This document shows positions 1-13,624 of a stretch of DNA of 64,000 nt, in pieces (within the stretch, counting starts at the first letter, position 1; each line of letters begins with the position of its first letter). A program made the translations under genes and the position numbers. The stretch lies in NCBI RefSeq assembly GCF_009914755.1, contig NC_060928.1, one strand, 5' to 3'. The DNA is from the human T2T-CHM13v2.0 reference genome, Homo sapiens. The notes under the pieces are model-generated. The model ran no database searches, was not told where the DNA came from, and was given only the letters and a program-made list of their open reading frames with translations.

Positions 1-519
1 GGGTGGGTTTCACTTAAAGCTGAAATGGAGGAAGGGTGGCACTTGTATAGGAGAAGGAGTTCTAGGAATAATATAAGCCAGGAGTTTGAAACTGAGATCA
101 ACATCAGGTGTTCTTGGAAATGCTAAGGTAGGTTTTTTCAATTGCCAGTGGTTCTCAAGGCTGCTTGATGCTCAGTGCTAAAAGTGTTGCTCAGATGCAG
201 CTCAAAGATCACCTCTTTGAGTCCGTTCTGATGCTCTCCACTTTCTAAATAGGATTGGTCAGTCTTTCTTTTATGTCCCTCTAAAATCTACATAGACGTG
301 AGGCCCAGGCAATTTACTAAACTAATTTTTTGGTATGTTCATTTATATATAAACCCAATGTAGCCAAAATTATGTCTTTATGTTCTCAATGACTAGTACA
401 GTTCTTGGTACACAGATCACACTCGAAAACCTTTCTTTCCTGGATGATTGAATACATGATTATGCTAATAATAGGTATGATGACTATGCAAAGCAAAGAC
501 AGCAATGATGTTAACACTG

Positions 520-770
520 CAAATAATACCCAATATTTATTGAGCTCTGTGTGATAGGCACTGTGCTAAGGAGAATTTTAACAAGTATCATTTCATTTAA
601 ATTTCAAAATAATGTCATGAGGTAGCTACGACTAGTACTCCATTTTACAAATGAGAGAACTGAGGTTCAGGTGGTTATATCTTCACCAAGATCACAGCCA
701 GTAAAAGGAAAAGCTGGAAATGAACTCTAGGTCTGTCTCACTTCAAAGACCATGATCTTATCCACTACTT
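520..770 (-). mobile_element. MIR SINE
   Basis: ccattttacaaatgagagaactgagg...gaactctaggtctgtctcacttcaaag, antisense MIR core. Confidence 0.8.
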
Positions 771-1336
771 ATAGATCTTTTATTTTTAAGAGAGTGTAGA
801 CTTAAGGTGATTTTATTTTATTTTTTAACATTTGTTCATTGAATGTATGTGTCCTAGACTCGAAAGGCTCAATGTAGTGCAACAGTCTGAATAGTAATGT
901 AATTTTAAAAATTAAAATGGGTCTTTAACAAATCTATGAAATAAGAGTTTGCAAACTCAATAAAAAGAGTATATTATCAACTTCTCTAAGAGACAATAAT
1001 ACCGAAAATGAAAACCAATAGGACAGGGCACTCAGGCATTGACTCATTGTATGACAATACCAGGCAGATGGCTTAATTTATATAACAACTATCTAAGTTG
1101 GTCCAGCAGTGTGAAGTTAGGGGAAAGGAAGTCATTTTATTGAAAAAACGCATGTGTTAATTCAAATCACTTGACAGTTTGGCAGACAATTCCACCAACC
1201 GCCTAAAAAGAGACTAGACCCCCATCCCCTCAATAGTACAGAAGGGATAGAAAAACCTAGTTAAATTTCCAAAAAACAATAAGTCATCAACCTGAGACCC
1301 CCTTCTCAATGGTTCCCTTTATTGCCAACTCTAGAA

Positions 1337-1650
1337 CAAGGGCTGGCAAAATACAGTGGTAGGCCAAATCTAGTCTATTCTCAATTTTGGTATCACCTGC
1401 CAGCTAAACATTGTTTCACATGTAAAATAATGGTTAAAAGGGCAGACATTAAATAAATATATTGTGACATATGAAAATTGTATGGGATTCAAAGAGCATC
1501 TACAATGTTTTATTAGAACATGGCCACACCTATCTGTTTGCATATTATCTACGGCTGCTTTTGTGCTACAACAGAGTTGAGGAGTTGTGACAGACTGCAT
1601 GGCCCACAAAACCCAAAATGTTTACTACTGAAAAAGCTGGCTGGCCACTG
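1337..1650. mobile_element. MER58B-like hAT-Charlie element
   Basis: agggctggcaaaatac start; ttattagaacatggccacacc...tacggctgcttttgtgctacaacag...ggcccacaaaacccaaaatgtttact. Confidence 0.75.
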
Positions 1651-1741
1651 CTTGAGAATCAAGCTCAGCAGGTGTCAGACAACTTGGCACAGAACACACT
1701 GCAGATACCATGGGTTTGGCCTTTCCAACTTATTACCTAAC

Positions 1742-1922
1742 TCAATGGTTCTCAAAGTTTGGCCCCTGGACCAGCAGCATGATCCTCAAGTAAGAACCCA
1801 TTAGAAATGTGAATTATGACCCCAACCCCAGATTTACTGAATTGGAAACTCCATGGGTTGGGCCCAACAATCTGTGTCTAACAGGTCAGCTAGGTGATTC
1901 TGAAGCATTCTTCAGAGAACGG
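1742..1922. mobile_element. MER5A hAT-Charlie element
   Basis: tggttctcaaagtttggcccctggaccagcagcat...ggtgattctgaagca. Confidence 0.75.
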
Positions 1923-1979
1923 TAGTCAAACTCAAGAAACTGGAACATGGCAACTGTTGTTTCAACACAATTACAAGAA

Positions 1980-2200
1980 AGGCACTTATTGGCTCCTATT
2001 TGTGGATGAAGAATGGAGCTAGATATTCCACTTATATTTTAGTATTCCTACAATAATCTTCAAAGATTGGGATTATTAACCCCATTATATGGAAAAGGAA
2101 ATTGAAGCTTGGGAAGATTAAGTAACTTGTTCACAGTTAGTGAATTAGGACTTCAACTCAAATCTGTCTGCTTTATAGCCTATACTCTTCCCTCTCGCCT
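1980..2200 (-). mobile_element. MIR SINE
   Basis: aggaaattgaagcttgggaagattaagtaacttg...tctgtctgctt. Confidence 0.6.
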
Positions 2201-2309
2201 TATTCTGCCTTCTCCCTTATTATGTGAGAGAAGGAGAAAAGCACCTGTGGGCCCCTGGAAGGAGCTGAGCTGATTTATTAGTTAGGTCTTGGTGTTTTCT
2301 TGATGATTA

Positions 2310-3085
<776 letters not shown>

Positions 3086-4214
3086 CCCTTCCACTCCCCT
3101 CACTGCCCACTTAAAATTATAGCTCTCCTCTTCCAGCCTGGGTGAGGCACAAGTTACCAAAGTAAGTAAAAATAATTAGAACTGGAAAATAATAGTCCCC
3201 AGACTAATCAGTATCAAGCACATTGCCAGGTCCAAGCAGAAACTTGGTATTTTAAATAATTAATGAAATTTTCAGTGCCAATCTGATTACAAAAATGATT
3301 TCAGGAAACTGCCTGTCTTTTAAAAATATAGTTCAATTTTCTGCTTTTAGTTTCTAGTCTCTACCTGTCAAAGTTTTGGATCTCTCAACTCTTGAGATGT
3401 AAAATGTCACTTATCTTTTTGCAGCCTTCCCCAAAATCTTCTAGATGGCTCCTCTCTTTGAGTTTTCTAAAGGCCTTACTCCCTCTCACAATACTTTTTC
3501 ATCTTGGATTAGTTATTCATGAGCTGTCTGGCCTCTAACCAATTCGGAAATTTCTTGAAGGCAGTAAAACACCTGACTATCCTCCCTTCCCTTCCACACA
3601 GTAATACATATTTGTTATATTTTGGCAATAAATCTAAACGTTTTTCCAGTTACAGAATTGAAAGTGTTGCTTTTCCATCAAACCAGAGCTCATATAAGCG
3701 GGGACTCTGCAACTCATTGTTGGTTATCTTAATTGAAATTATCTCCCTGGCTCAGGAGTTCTAACAAACATATGTGTTTGGTGTGCAGGTATCTTCACTT
3801 TGCCAGGGGATTTTGATGTGAAATATTACTAACAGAAAAAATATATATATAACAAAAATCTTAATCAATGAATCAACAGTTTTTAGGCTACTATGGAAAC
3901 CTGAAAGTGATACTGGAAGTTACTTATTATGTGGGATAAATAGATATGAACTGGCACTATTCCTGTATGAAAGCAAATGGCATTCAGGTCATAATTTTCT
4001 TCAGTAACTTCTATTTACCAAGCACTGTGCTAAACAGCAAGGATAACTGTACAATTAAGGAGAAGGAGTAAAACAGTCAACTCCTATCCTACATTTTATC
4101 GTTGTTCCAGGAATTTCACGTGGTGTATCATGGCCCTGTGCTTGTACATGGTGTTACCTCACCCAGCGTTTTACATACAGTACTTGGATAAGCACCATTC
4201 TTATATATCAATCT

Positions 4215-4510
4215 TATACACTTCTCTTCATCCATAAAAGCCAGGATTAGAGGTCACCTCCACCATGGAGTCATCTCTGATTGCTTTCATCTCCTCTACT
4301 TGGACTTAATTACCTAACATTCTTCTTGGATTTTCTTGTACTGGTCTATTTACCATGATGTATTATATTTTTTATTTGTTAGTATTCTTTTTCTTCTTAT
4401 GCAACTGAGAATATCTTGAAGGCAGCAACTATCTTTAATTGATCTCTATATTCTGGAGCCTAGCCTAGTGCCTGACATCCTGTAGACAATCAATAAATAT
4501 TTATTAAATG
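4215..4510 (+). mobile_element. L2 LINE 3' end
   Basis: cttgaaggcagc...gcctagcctagtgcctgacat...caataaatatttattaaatg. Confidence 0.65.
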
Positions 4511-4795
4511 CAAGCCATGTGAAAACAAGTGCCAAAGTACTGGTAATTATTAAAGTTAGATAATGAATATATGACAATTCATTACACTTTTTTCTATACC
4601 TTGTTTTATGTGTAAAATTTTTCAAAATAAAAAGTTTACAATAATCGAGGACCTTGTAAGATAGCGGATTAATCTATCCAAAGTTTTAAGTTCCTTCCAC
4701 TATACCTATAGCTATGATCTCTGCGTACTCCACATTTCTTTCTTTTCTCATAAAAAAGATATTTAATAAAGCCAAACAAAGTTGCTCTGAAATAA

Positions 4796-5285
<490 letters not shown>

Positions 5286-7094
5286 TCTGCTTGCACTTTC
5301 TTACCTGTGAACTCATCTTCACCTACCCCCAGGTTGACCTACCTAAAACATGGATCTGTCCCACTTGCTCCCCCAAAGTTGAAGTCTTTAAGTCAATGGC
5401 TCTTCAATGTTTAGGGAATAAGTGTGCACTTCTAGTGTTGAACCCCAAGTAACTTGTCCAGCCACATATTTTAATGTTCTTAGACCCATGTGCAACGAGC
5501 CATATCCAATTCACGGTCCTAATCCATGCAAGCCACCCACTGTCTGTGCTTAGATTCACAGCTCAATTTCCTTGCTCAGCTTGGAATCTTCTTCCTGGAT
5601 TTTCCAATTTGGGAAACATTCTCCCACTCCAAGGTCCTGTACGACTAGTTTTTCTTCTCCATTAAACCTTCTCTGGAGTCCTTTCCAGAATGAACCTTTC
5701 TACCTGTGCTTCTACTGGCCATGGCCTGGGCCTATGCCCAGCATTATTTTCTGCTGCCTTGTTTAGTAAGTAGTCTCCTTTACCAGAATGTAAGCTTGTT
5801 GAGGGCACTTTAATGTTCATCTTGCACTTTCCCACCCTCTCAGTCAATACCCAACAGGGTACCCTGCACACGTTAGAATTCAATATGACAAGATTACAAA
5901 CTAAAGTATGAAATGATGAGCTTAATCTCATGAGTGTTCTTTCTCCTTCCGCTTACTAATAAGTGGATATGTGCAAAATTTCAAATCCCTATAGTAAAAT
6001 CACACTGGTTGTTTTGATCTTCTTTACAAATTGCTTTTGAGTCCTAAGTCATGAATTTCAATTAAAACTTTTTTTAAAACAAGACTATCGAAATTGGAAA
6101 CTAAAACAAATAACTGTTTCTCTTAACCCTTTTCTATCTGTGTCTAATTCTAGTCAACATTAGAGATGAAAATATTAAGGCAATACTGCTTTATCTCAAC
6201 ATTAATATGGGCCCTCTCATTCAAATAGACTCAGAAGTACTTTCTAATGTATTATACAGAAAATCACACTGGAGAAAATATTCCATGATGGTACCATTGA
6301 GGTATCACTGCTTCCTGAGGACAACATGTAAGCTCAATGCTGCCTAAAAGAAGCTCAAATTTCTACTCTGGGCCTTTTCACCTTCACTTCTCCACCATAA
6401 AAAAAAAAAAAAGAGGCTAATTCTCTGGACTATTGTGGGTCATATTTTCTAGGTGGTGCAATCTTAGTGAAGAGTTTAGCAATTTGCATTGGGATAACCC
6501 TGTCAACCTTCATCATTTTCAGCTAGAAAGAATGAAAGCTCTGATAATCTAATTTTTTATGGTGGTTTGCACTTTAGCTGCCTTTTTTTCTCAAACCTTT
6601 ACTTGACTACTGATCAAAAAGTCCAGGTTCTGTTTCTGCTTAGACAATGTCATAGTCTAAATAAACAGGCAGCAGGCCTAGGATAGAGGTGTCACCTTCT
6701 CATTGGACTTCATCCTCAGACTCTGCTTGAACTGGACATTCATCATGATTGAATGTAAGTCACATTTGGTCAAAATTCAGTGCAGATCTTAGATGTCTGA
6801 CAGGGGCTGAGGAGACCACTTGGCTTGCTTTTGTCCTAATCTTGCCTCTAATCTATGACAAACATCAGTGGTCTGGCTTAGCTCATTTATATCCCATGCT
6901 TGGGTCCCATTCCTGGGTTGAGGTCAGAGCCTTGTAGAAATTACATGCCCATTATATGATTTTCTTTTAAATGCATTTGCCGAAAATATTTCACATGGTA
7001 TTAGCCAATTCAGGAAAAGACTCAAGAATTCCAGAAAATTCCCATGTGCATTTTCATTTATTCCCTTTCTCAACATTAAGGAAGATGTATAAAA

Positions 7095-7235
7095 GTATGT
7101 TGTAGTAGGAAAAGCACTGTGTAGGATTCAGTAGTCTTTGGTTTTGATCCTGCTTCTGCTCGCAGTTACATTTGCCTTATGACAAGTCAGTTAACTTTAC
7201 TGGATTGTAGTTGTCTCCTATGCAAAATAAGAGTT
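7095..7235 (+). mobile_element. MIR3/MIRc fragment
   Basis: gtagtaggaaaagcactg...gacaagtcagttaac...tgcaaaataaga. Confidence 0.55.
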
Positions 7236-9402
7236 GGCCCAAACTAGTATTTCCTAACATGTATTTCAGAGGAAAAAGGGACTGACTCAACAAGTATATG
7301 TGGGTCTTCCCTCATGTATGGTGATAACCTGCATCCTTGTATTTTAACATGATCATGGATTCTATATTGAATTAAAAGTTTCTCCAGCTTACTGAACATT
7401 TCACATAATATCTATAAATATTTATGTACATCTCTATGTGTATGTTTGTGTGTGTAGATATAGAAATATAGATTCAGATATGGATAGGAATATGATTTAG
7501 ATATCTCTCCCAAGGAAGACTTTTCAGACCAACTCAAAATTTCTATGATTCTAGTTGGGGGAGTCAGGTTTACAATTCTAATTTTCATTTTGTTGAAACT
7601 CAAATTCGAAGTTTGAATCTGCAAACCTTCAACTTTAAGTGATATGAAACAGACATTGAAGAATAAAAGCTGAATCGTTGCCCGGGGCCTTACACTTGGG
7701 ACTTTTGATTTTAAATTTCTACATTATTAACTTTGACAATATAAGAACTGTGCGCTATCCTCATAATGCTGTGAAAGTTGACTTCCTCAATACATTTGTG
7801 GAGGTTGTCCTTTAGAACCTAACTCTGAAACCAAGTCAGCTCCAGTACAATGCACTGAAGTTGGGGGCTGTGGCTCAACTAAGTCCAGAGAACCAAAACG
7901 TGGTGACAAAACAGAAGCAAATTATTCCAATCATAGAAATTGAAATTGCTAGTACTGTATTAAGACACCAGCATTTAGTGCATTGAGGCAGAAATCTCAA
8001 GAGAATGCAAAATTGTGTAACATTGGAGAAACCTGCTTATGCATTGATTTCCTTCAGGGGTTAAATAAAATTACTGTGAAATATAAGAAAAGGAAAAAGA
8101 ACTAAATTCTGAGGTTTTAATCCCATTACAGTATTATTTGTATTGTGTCTAAGCAGAACTTATTGAGAATAAAGAAGATACGAAGATTACAATAGAATGT
8201 ATGTTCTTATATTGTCTAAACAGTTAGAACCTAATGAACTTACTTTGTAGAATAAAAGGACTTTCTGAAGATAAGATACATTGGCCATCATTAACATATT
8301 AAGAGAAACAACCTGTATACCGGATCTTGTTTGGGATGATGTCATCATAGCTATCAGGTCTTAGCTCCTATAGTTAGAAAGATTACAGAAAGCATAGGCA
8401 AGTTTAAATATTTCCATCTCCCCACATTAAACACAATGTGAGAGGTAAATATTCATTACTTGGCAATAAAATATCATATCCATATCTGGAAGAAATATTA
8501 GCAAGTATCTCATGGACGTCATTCTTTCACTTAGGAAGAAAGAGGAGATTGCATGTAGAATTGATATCAAATGATTTAGGTTTAAATGATTCAAAGGCTA
8601 TTATTTTAGTAAAAGCATTATTTCATAAACAATATGTGTGTGTGTTTGATACATACATATACATTCAAATAGTTAAAGCAAAGTTAATTAACTTCTTAAA
8701 ACTCTCCAATCTTTGAATAACAAAACTCATTTTGGATAGCAAGAGTAAAATTTATGTTAGATGGATCTAATTTTTATTGATAGCAACAGTCCTGTCTCGT
8801 GTGTATGAGTTCCTACTCAGGACACACATGAGCAATGAGACTCACTGGGGAATGCAAATGAAACACTTGCAAATCAAATGTTCAAAGCACATTTTTGCTG
8901 AGCACCCATTAACTCAATTTCATATCAAAAGCTTACCCATTTTATATCATAATAAACCACCCGGGTTCACCCCCACACCTCCTAACTAATGAGGGACACA
9001 CAGATATTCTCTTCACAAATCAAGATACTCTTTCATAGGATGAAATCACTAATGACATTAAGGTGTGGTAACCAACATGAACTTGACAACCAAATACCAA
9101 CCCATATTATCACCCCATAGGAGAGAGTCCTAACTCCCCACCTTAGAAAAATATTTAACCCACAAAATACTAAACCCAAGTAGATTTCAAATAGAAAGAT
9201 AATGGTACAATATCCCTTCCCTTCTAATATCAAATATCTAGATAAACCAAAATGAACTGTCCAGCCACTAGGATGCTCTATGCCAAACATGCATATTTTA
9301 AAACTTTTACTTTGAGTATTAAGGCTTCTTAACTTCTGCAGCATCTGTATCTACTTCTAAACCAGACCTGCCCAACAGCACAGACTGGAGCGACCACTTT
9401 AC

Positions 9403-9514
9403 CTTCCGAAAAATCAATCAGTCCCAGCAAATGAAGAAGCTTCAGAGATGCACATATAATCACAACAATACCCACTGTTTGCAGTCCTTCGGACTCCCAC
9501 TCCAGAGTCAACAT
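9403..9514 (-). CDS. KCNIP4: Coding part of an alternative first exon of Kv channel-interacting protein 4 (KIS-like transmembrane N-terminus, Ie/KChIP4e type)
   Basis: ATG at 9514-9512 (CAGAGGATGT, -3 A), 37 codons plus 1 nt, then donor AAG|GTAAAGT at 9402. EGLQTVGIVVIICASLKLLHLLGLID aligns ungapped to KChIP4a EGLEMIAVLIVIVLFVKLLEQFGLIE. Phase 1 fits the shared core exon (D-SVEDELEM). Paralog assignment is from memory. Confidence 0.85.
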
Positions 9515-9559
9515 CCTCTGAGCTGGCAGAGCATCCCAGCCTCCAGACCCCTTTGGAGT

Positions 9560-10385
9560 GGAGGGAGTTAATTACAGAATCGTAGCAACGTCAGGCTTGG
9601 AACAAAGACTTGCAAGGGGAAAAAGTGAGCAGCTCCTGGCAGATGCACCCTGCAAAGCCGGCGGCCCCCCGGGGTGAGGACAGACCTGGGCTAAAGTCCA
9701 GCTTCTCATGCTGATCCTGGCATTTGGCTGGCGGGGCTTCCCCCCTGCTACCACAGCGCACGGACCTCTCCACTCTATGCTGCAGCCAGCGGGCGAGTAC
9801 TTCGACTTCAGAGCTGCGAGGGAAACGTCTGTCGGAGAACTGGAGACTTTGCAGTGTCCGTGGCGAGAAGGGACACTCCTAGGAAACTTGCCCGGGAGAA
9901 CACCGCGCGCTTCCCTCGCTGAGGACGCGAGGCTGGGCAGATCTGTCTGCGCGCTAGTTTTCTGCCTGAGAAGCTTGCGAATGGCCCCTTTTTGCCAAAG
10001 CTGCTGCTCTCTCCTCCCAGAGCCGCCTCTGGCAGAGAGCTCAGCTCCCTCTCTGAATGCTAGGAAACAATCAGTTCTGGTGGCTGGTGCCTACAGGCCC
10101 TTCCTGAAAGCCCCCGTGGAAGTCTAGAGGCAGCTTTTCCAGGGAGAAAAGTGCAGGAGCAAAGCTCCGTGATTCAATGACTTTGTCAAACGAGAACACC
10201 TGAGCCTCCCCCGCCACGCCACTCCTTGTTCTGGTCTCCGCTGTCACGTCGGGCGCATTATCAGGGAGATTGATTTAGTCCTTATATTATATTTACAAAG
10301 GTGGACGGAGGGCGTGGCGGAGCAGTACCCGGTAACAACTAAGATGTTCATAACTGCCCCCTGGAAGGTGTGTACCACCATCGTC
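9560..10385 (-). promoter_or_regulatory. KCNIP4: CpG-rich promoter / 5' UTR of the alternative first exon
   Basis: Only non-Alu GC- and CpG-dense stretch in the window, immediately 5' of the ATG on the minus strand. Contains GC-box (GGGCGTGGC), CRE-like (ACGTCA 9588, GTCACGTC 10243) and CTCF-like motifs. TSS not determinable. Confidence 0.8.
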
Positions 10386-10401
10386 CTTTAAAGTCTGGCC
10401 T

Positions 10402-10549
10402 CAGCCTTTCTCAAAGTTTCACAAACTTCCCTGATGATAAAAACAACCTGGGGTTGTTTATTAAAACCACGCTCATCAGAGGAGCCTGGAGTGTGTGTTA
10501 TTAAGAAGCCCAGGTGACTCTTATCAACTGGGAAGTGTGGACAGCACCA
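10402..10549. mobile_element. hAT-Charlie MITE (MER112/MER5-like)
   Basis: aaacttccctgatgataaaaacaacctgggg ... ccaggtgactcttatcaactgggaagt, imperfect inverted ends. Confidence 0.5.
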
Positions 10550-10739
10550 TCGCAAAGATGCCATGAGGTGTGCTAGTCCAAACCACTCCAAACAGACCCT
10601 GTTCTGTGCCAGGACCACACTGGCTGAATCACTTTGTTGGTTATCTCCAGTCTACTGAAGCCCAACCTAAAAACGGAGATGAAGAGAATCAACAGGGACT
10701 CTGTAGGTGAACTGGAAATATAAGGGTTTGTGAGTAATA

Positions 10740-11680
10740 TCTCAGACCTCCAGGGTCATTTGCAAGTTCTGCTTCTTTCTTGCTATGTGATCTTGTGCAA
10801 GACACTTAACCACTCTAATAACAGGTCCTATTCTATGCAGTCAAGATCATAATACTTCATTTAAAGTTCTCCATTTAAAGGGAATTATGGGAATTAAATG
10901 TGATCACAATAATAGTTAACATGTACTAAGCACTTACTATGTGCTCATCAATATTGTAGTGACTTTTCAACAACTTACTTATCCCTACATCTCTACGTGG
11001 TAGACAAATTAATCTACCACATAAGTGGCAGATTATAAGTTAATTCTAATCATTTTAACTTTGTAGGTGAGGAAAACAAAGCATGAAGAGGTTAACTGAC
11101 TTGCCAAGCAGTGGGCATAGTGACTGGAAGGCAACAGGCTTTCATTCATTCAGTTATTCATTAGCATTTATTAAGCTGCTACTATGAGCTATAAATGGTA
11201 CATGAATGATCAAATGATGAATAATACTCAGCTCTGTCTTTTGGGGGCTTATAGTTTAATGAGGAGGCAGGCATGAAGTAAAATGTGACCAATAAATACA
11301 CCAACACTTGAACAGATGTCTGCGCGGTACAGTGGGAAAACAAGGAGGGAAAGTCAACTCTAATTGGGAAAGGGTTTAGTGGTATCAGGAAGGAGACTTT
11401 ATAGAGGCAGTAACTGTCCATAATGGTAACCTGAATCATTACTAGAAGTATTATAGTATACCATGCTCAAGTTTTGAGGTTGGTAGACCTGGGTACAATC
11501 CTAGCCTTACCCTTGCTTGCTCCATGACCTTGAAGAATACACTCCGTCTCTGAATCTTGGTTTAAAATGGGAATGCTACTGCCCCTTTCTCATGGTTGAT
11601 GTAAGAATTAACTAAGTCTGCGGGGAGCTGAGCCCAGTCCCTGGGGTCCCCTGCTCACATATGGTAGTTGTGGGGTTATG
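10740..11680. mobile_element. Cluster of MIR(+), MIR(-), L2(-) and MIR(+) fragments
   Basis: MIR cores at ~10780 (+), ~11060 (-) and ~11490 (+); L2 tail ttcattcattcag at ~11141. Confidence 0.6.
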
Positions 11681-12734
11681 ACGGAAGTTCCAACTCTTCA
11701 GAGGCTCTGCAAGGTCTCCTTGGATGAAACGACTTTGCTTTTCCCTGGTCCTGCCACCCCTGCTCCAAGGTCTAGTTTCAGCGTTTTTCCCATGAAGACC
11801 TGCTGATCATCTCAACCCACAGTGTGGTTTCTTTCCCTTGAGTCCTAGAAATAAGTTGGTCCTGCCAAAGGTGCTTTTCATTTTGAATAACATATTTATA
11901 AGAGATATCCTTGTATCCACCTGCCCAATCACCCATCCATCCAAACATTTTCTTCTCCATTATATCAGCAAGCCTGTGGCGGGGAAGCAGGTTTTAGTAA
12001 TTAGTAGGAAAAAAAATATTTTAGGTAACCATTTTCTGAAATTTCCACCAACGTTTAGCTACAGAAAGTCAAAAGTTAAAAAAAAATTACAGAAATTAAT
12101 TAGGTCAAGTTAAATGTAAACATGTCTTTTAATCCTATATCATACCATATTGTAGTTGAAAACAACTAAAGTACTGAGAGGGGGTCACATGGTTAGAAAA
12201 CCCAGAATTCAATCATTGCTTTGTCTGGCTTCCAAATTCACGCTTTTCCCTTTATTTCTATCAGCAGATTTCAGCAAATATTTGCCAATTGATCTCTTAG
12301 TTTAGAGAGTTGGTAAAGTATTTTAAAATTGCCACATCTCATTTTCCAGGATTGAAATTCCTATCTTTTTTGAAATTCACATAAAGTCCCATGAATATGA
12401 TTTTGTTGGTTTCAGATAGAATTTCCCTTCAGGACAATAGCATTCTCTACTTAGAATGTGCCAGCTGATTGGAGGTCCAGCCCTTTCCTATCTGCATTAG
12501 TTACATTTACCACATGCTTTCTGAGCTGTCTCTCAGCTGTGGCTACCGGATCGAATCTGCTGGCTCCCAAGTATGCGGGGGCTCTTTCACATGCACCCCC
12601 AGCTGTGAGATTTTGTAAGGTGACAGCACCATAAGAGGAGTTTCCTGCTTCATCTAAAAAGTCTAGGGAAGCAGGGGACATCTGGGGAATGATGTTTATC
12701 TAGCGCCACTCTTGGAAAGAAGAGTTGCCTGCAT

Positions 12735-12820
12735 AGCGCTTTGGGAGGCTTAGGTGGGAGGATAACTTAGGAGTTTGAGACCAGTCTGGGGAACATAGTG
12801 AGACTCTACCTCTATTTTTA
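12735..12820 (+). mobile_element. FLAM / Alu monomer fragment
   Basis: ctttgggaggcttaggtgggaggat...aggagtttgagaccagtctggggaacatagtgagac. Confidence 0.75.
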
Positions 12821-13306
12821 ATGTTTAAAAATTTAAAAAAGTAACTCCAGATCACGGCTCAACCATTTTACTGCAGTAACTTGCTAGCCCCAACCCAGTT
12901 TGTTATATTAAAACATCCTGGCTTTCTCCCTCATTCACTGACTCACCCCTTTCTTTACATTGTAATGAGTCCTCCAGCAGAGGTCTGTCTTTCATACCAA
13001 AGAAGGGAATACCAAAGGTACACTAAAGGCTTTTACCCATTGATTCTAAGCCAGGCACCATACTATGTAGTTTACATGTATAAATTAGTTTCAGCTCACC
13101 CCAAATCAATAGGTTAGGTGTTATTATCACTATTTCAAAGAAGAATAAAAACTAAGGCGCATTGGGATTAATTAATTTTCACAAAATTACATTCAACAAG
13201 GGACATAACCAGGATTTATACCTGATTTACTCCAAAAATAGTAGCTACCAACATTTATGGAGAACTTTTAAGTGTCAGGCACTACTCTAAAATATTTATA
13301 GATATT

Positions 13307-13624
<318 letters not shown>

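Noticed and set aside
5299-5325. Strong minus-strand CAG|GTAAGA as a recursive site or cryptic donor
   Set aside because: No pyrimidine tract before the AG and no clear upstream acceptor.
9329-9402. ORF-track extension GKVVAPVCAV... of the KCNIP4 exon
   Set aside because: Read-through past the GT donor into the intron; KChIP similarity stops at the donor.
9752-9770. REST/RE1-like CAGCGCACGGACC, and half-site GGACAGCACC at ~10539
   Set aside because: Wrong spacing and mismatches in the first; the second is a lone half-site at a transposon end.
9708-10127. 139-aa plus-strand ORF across the promoter
   Set aside because: Long ORFs are expected in GC-rich DNA; no recognisable domain; antisense to the real exon.
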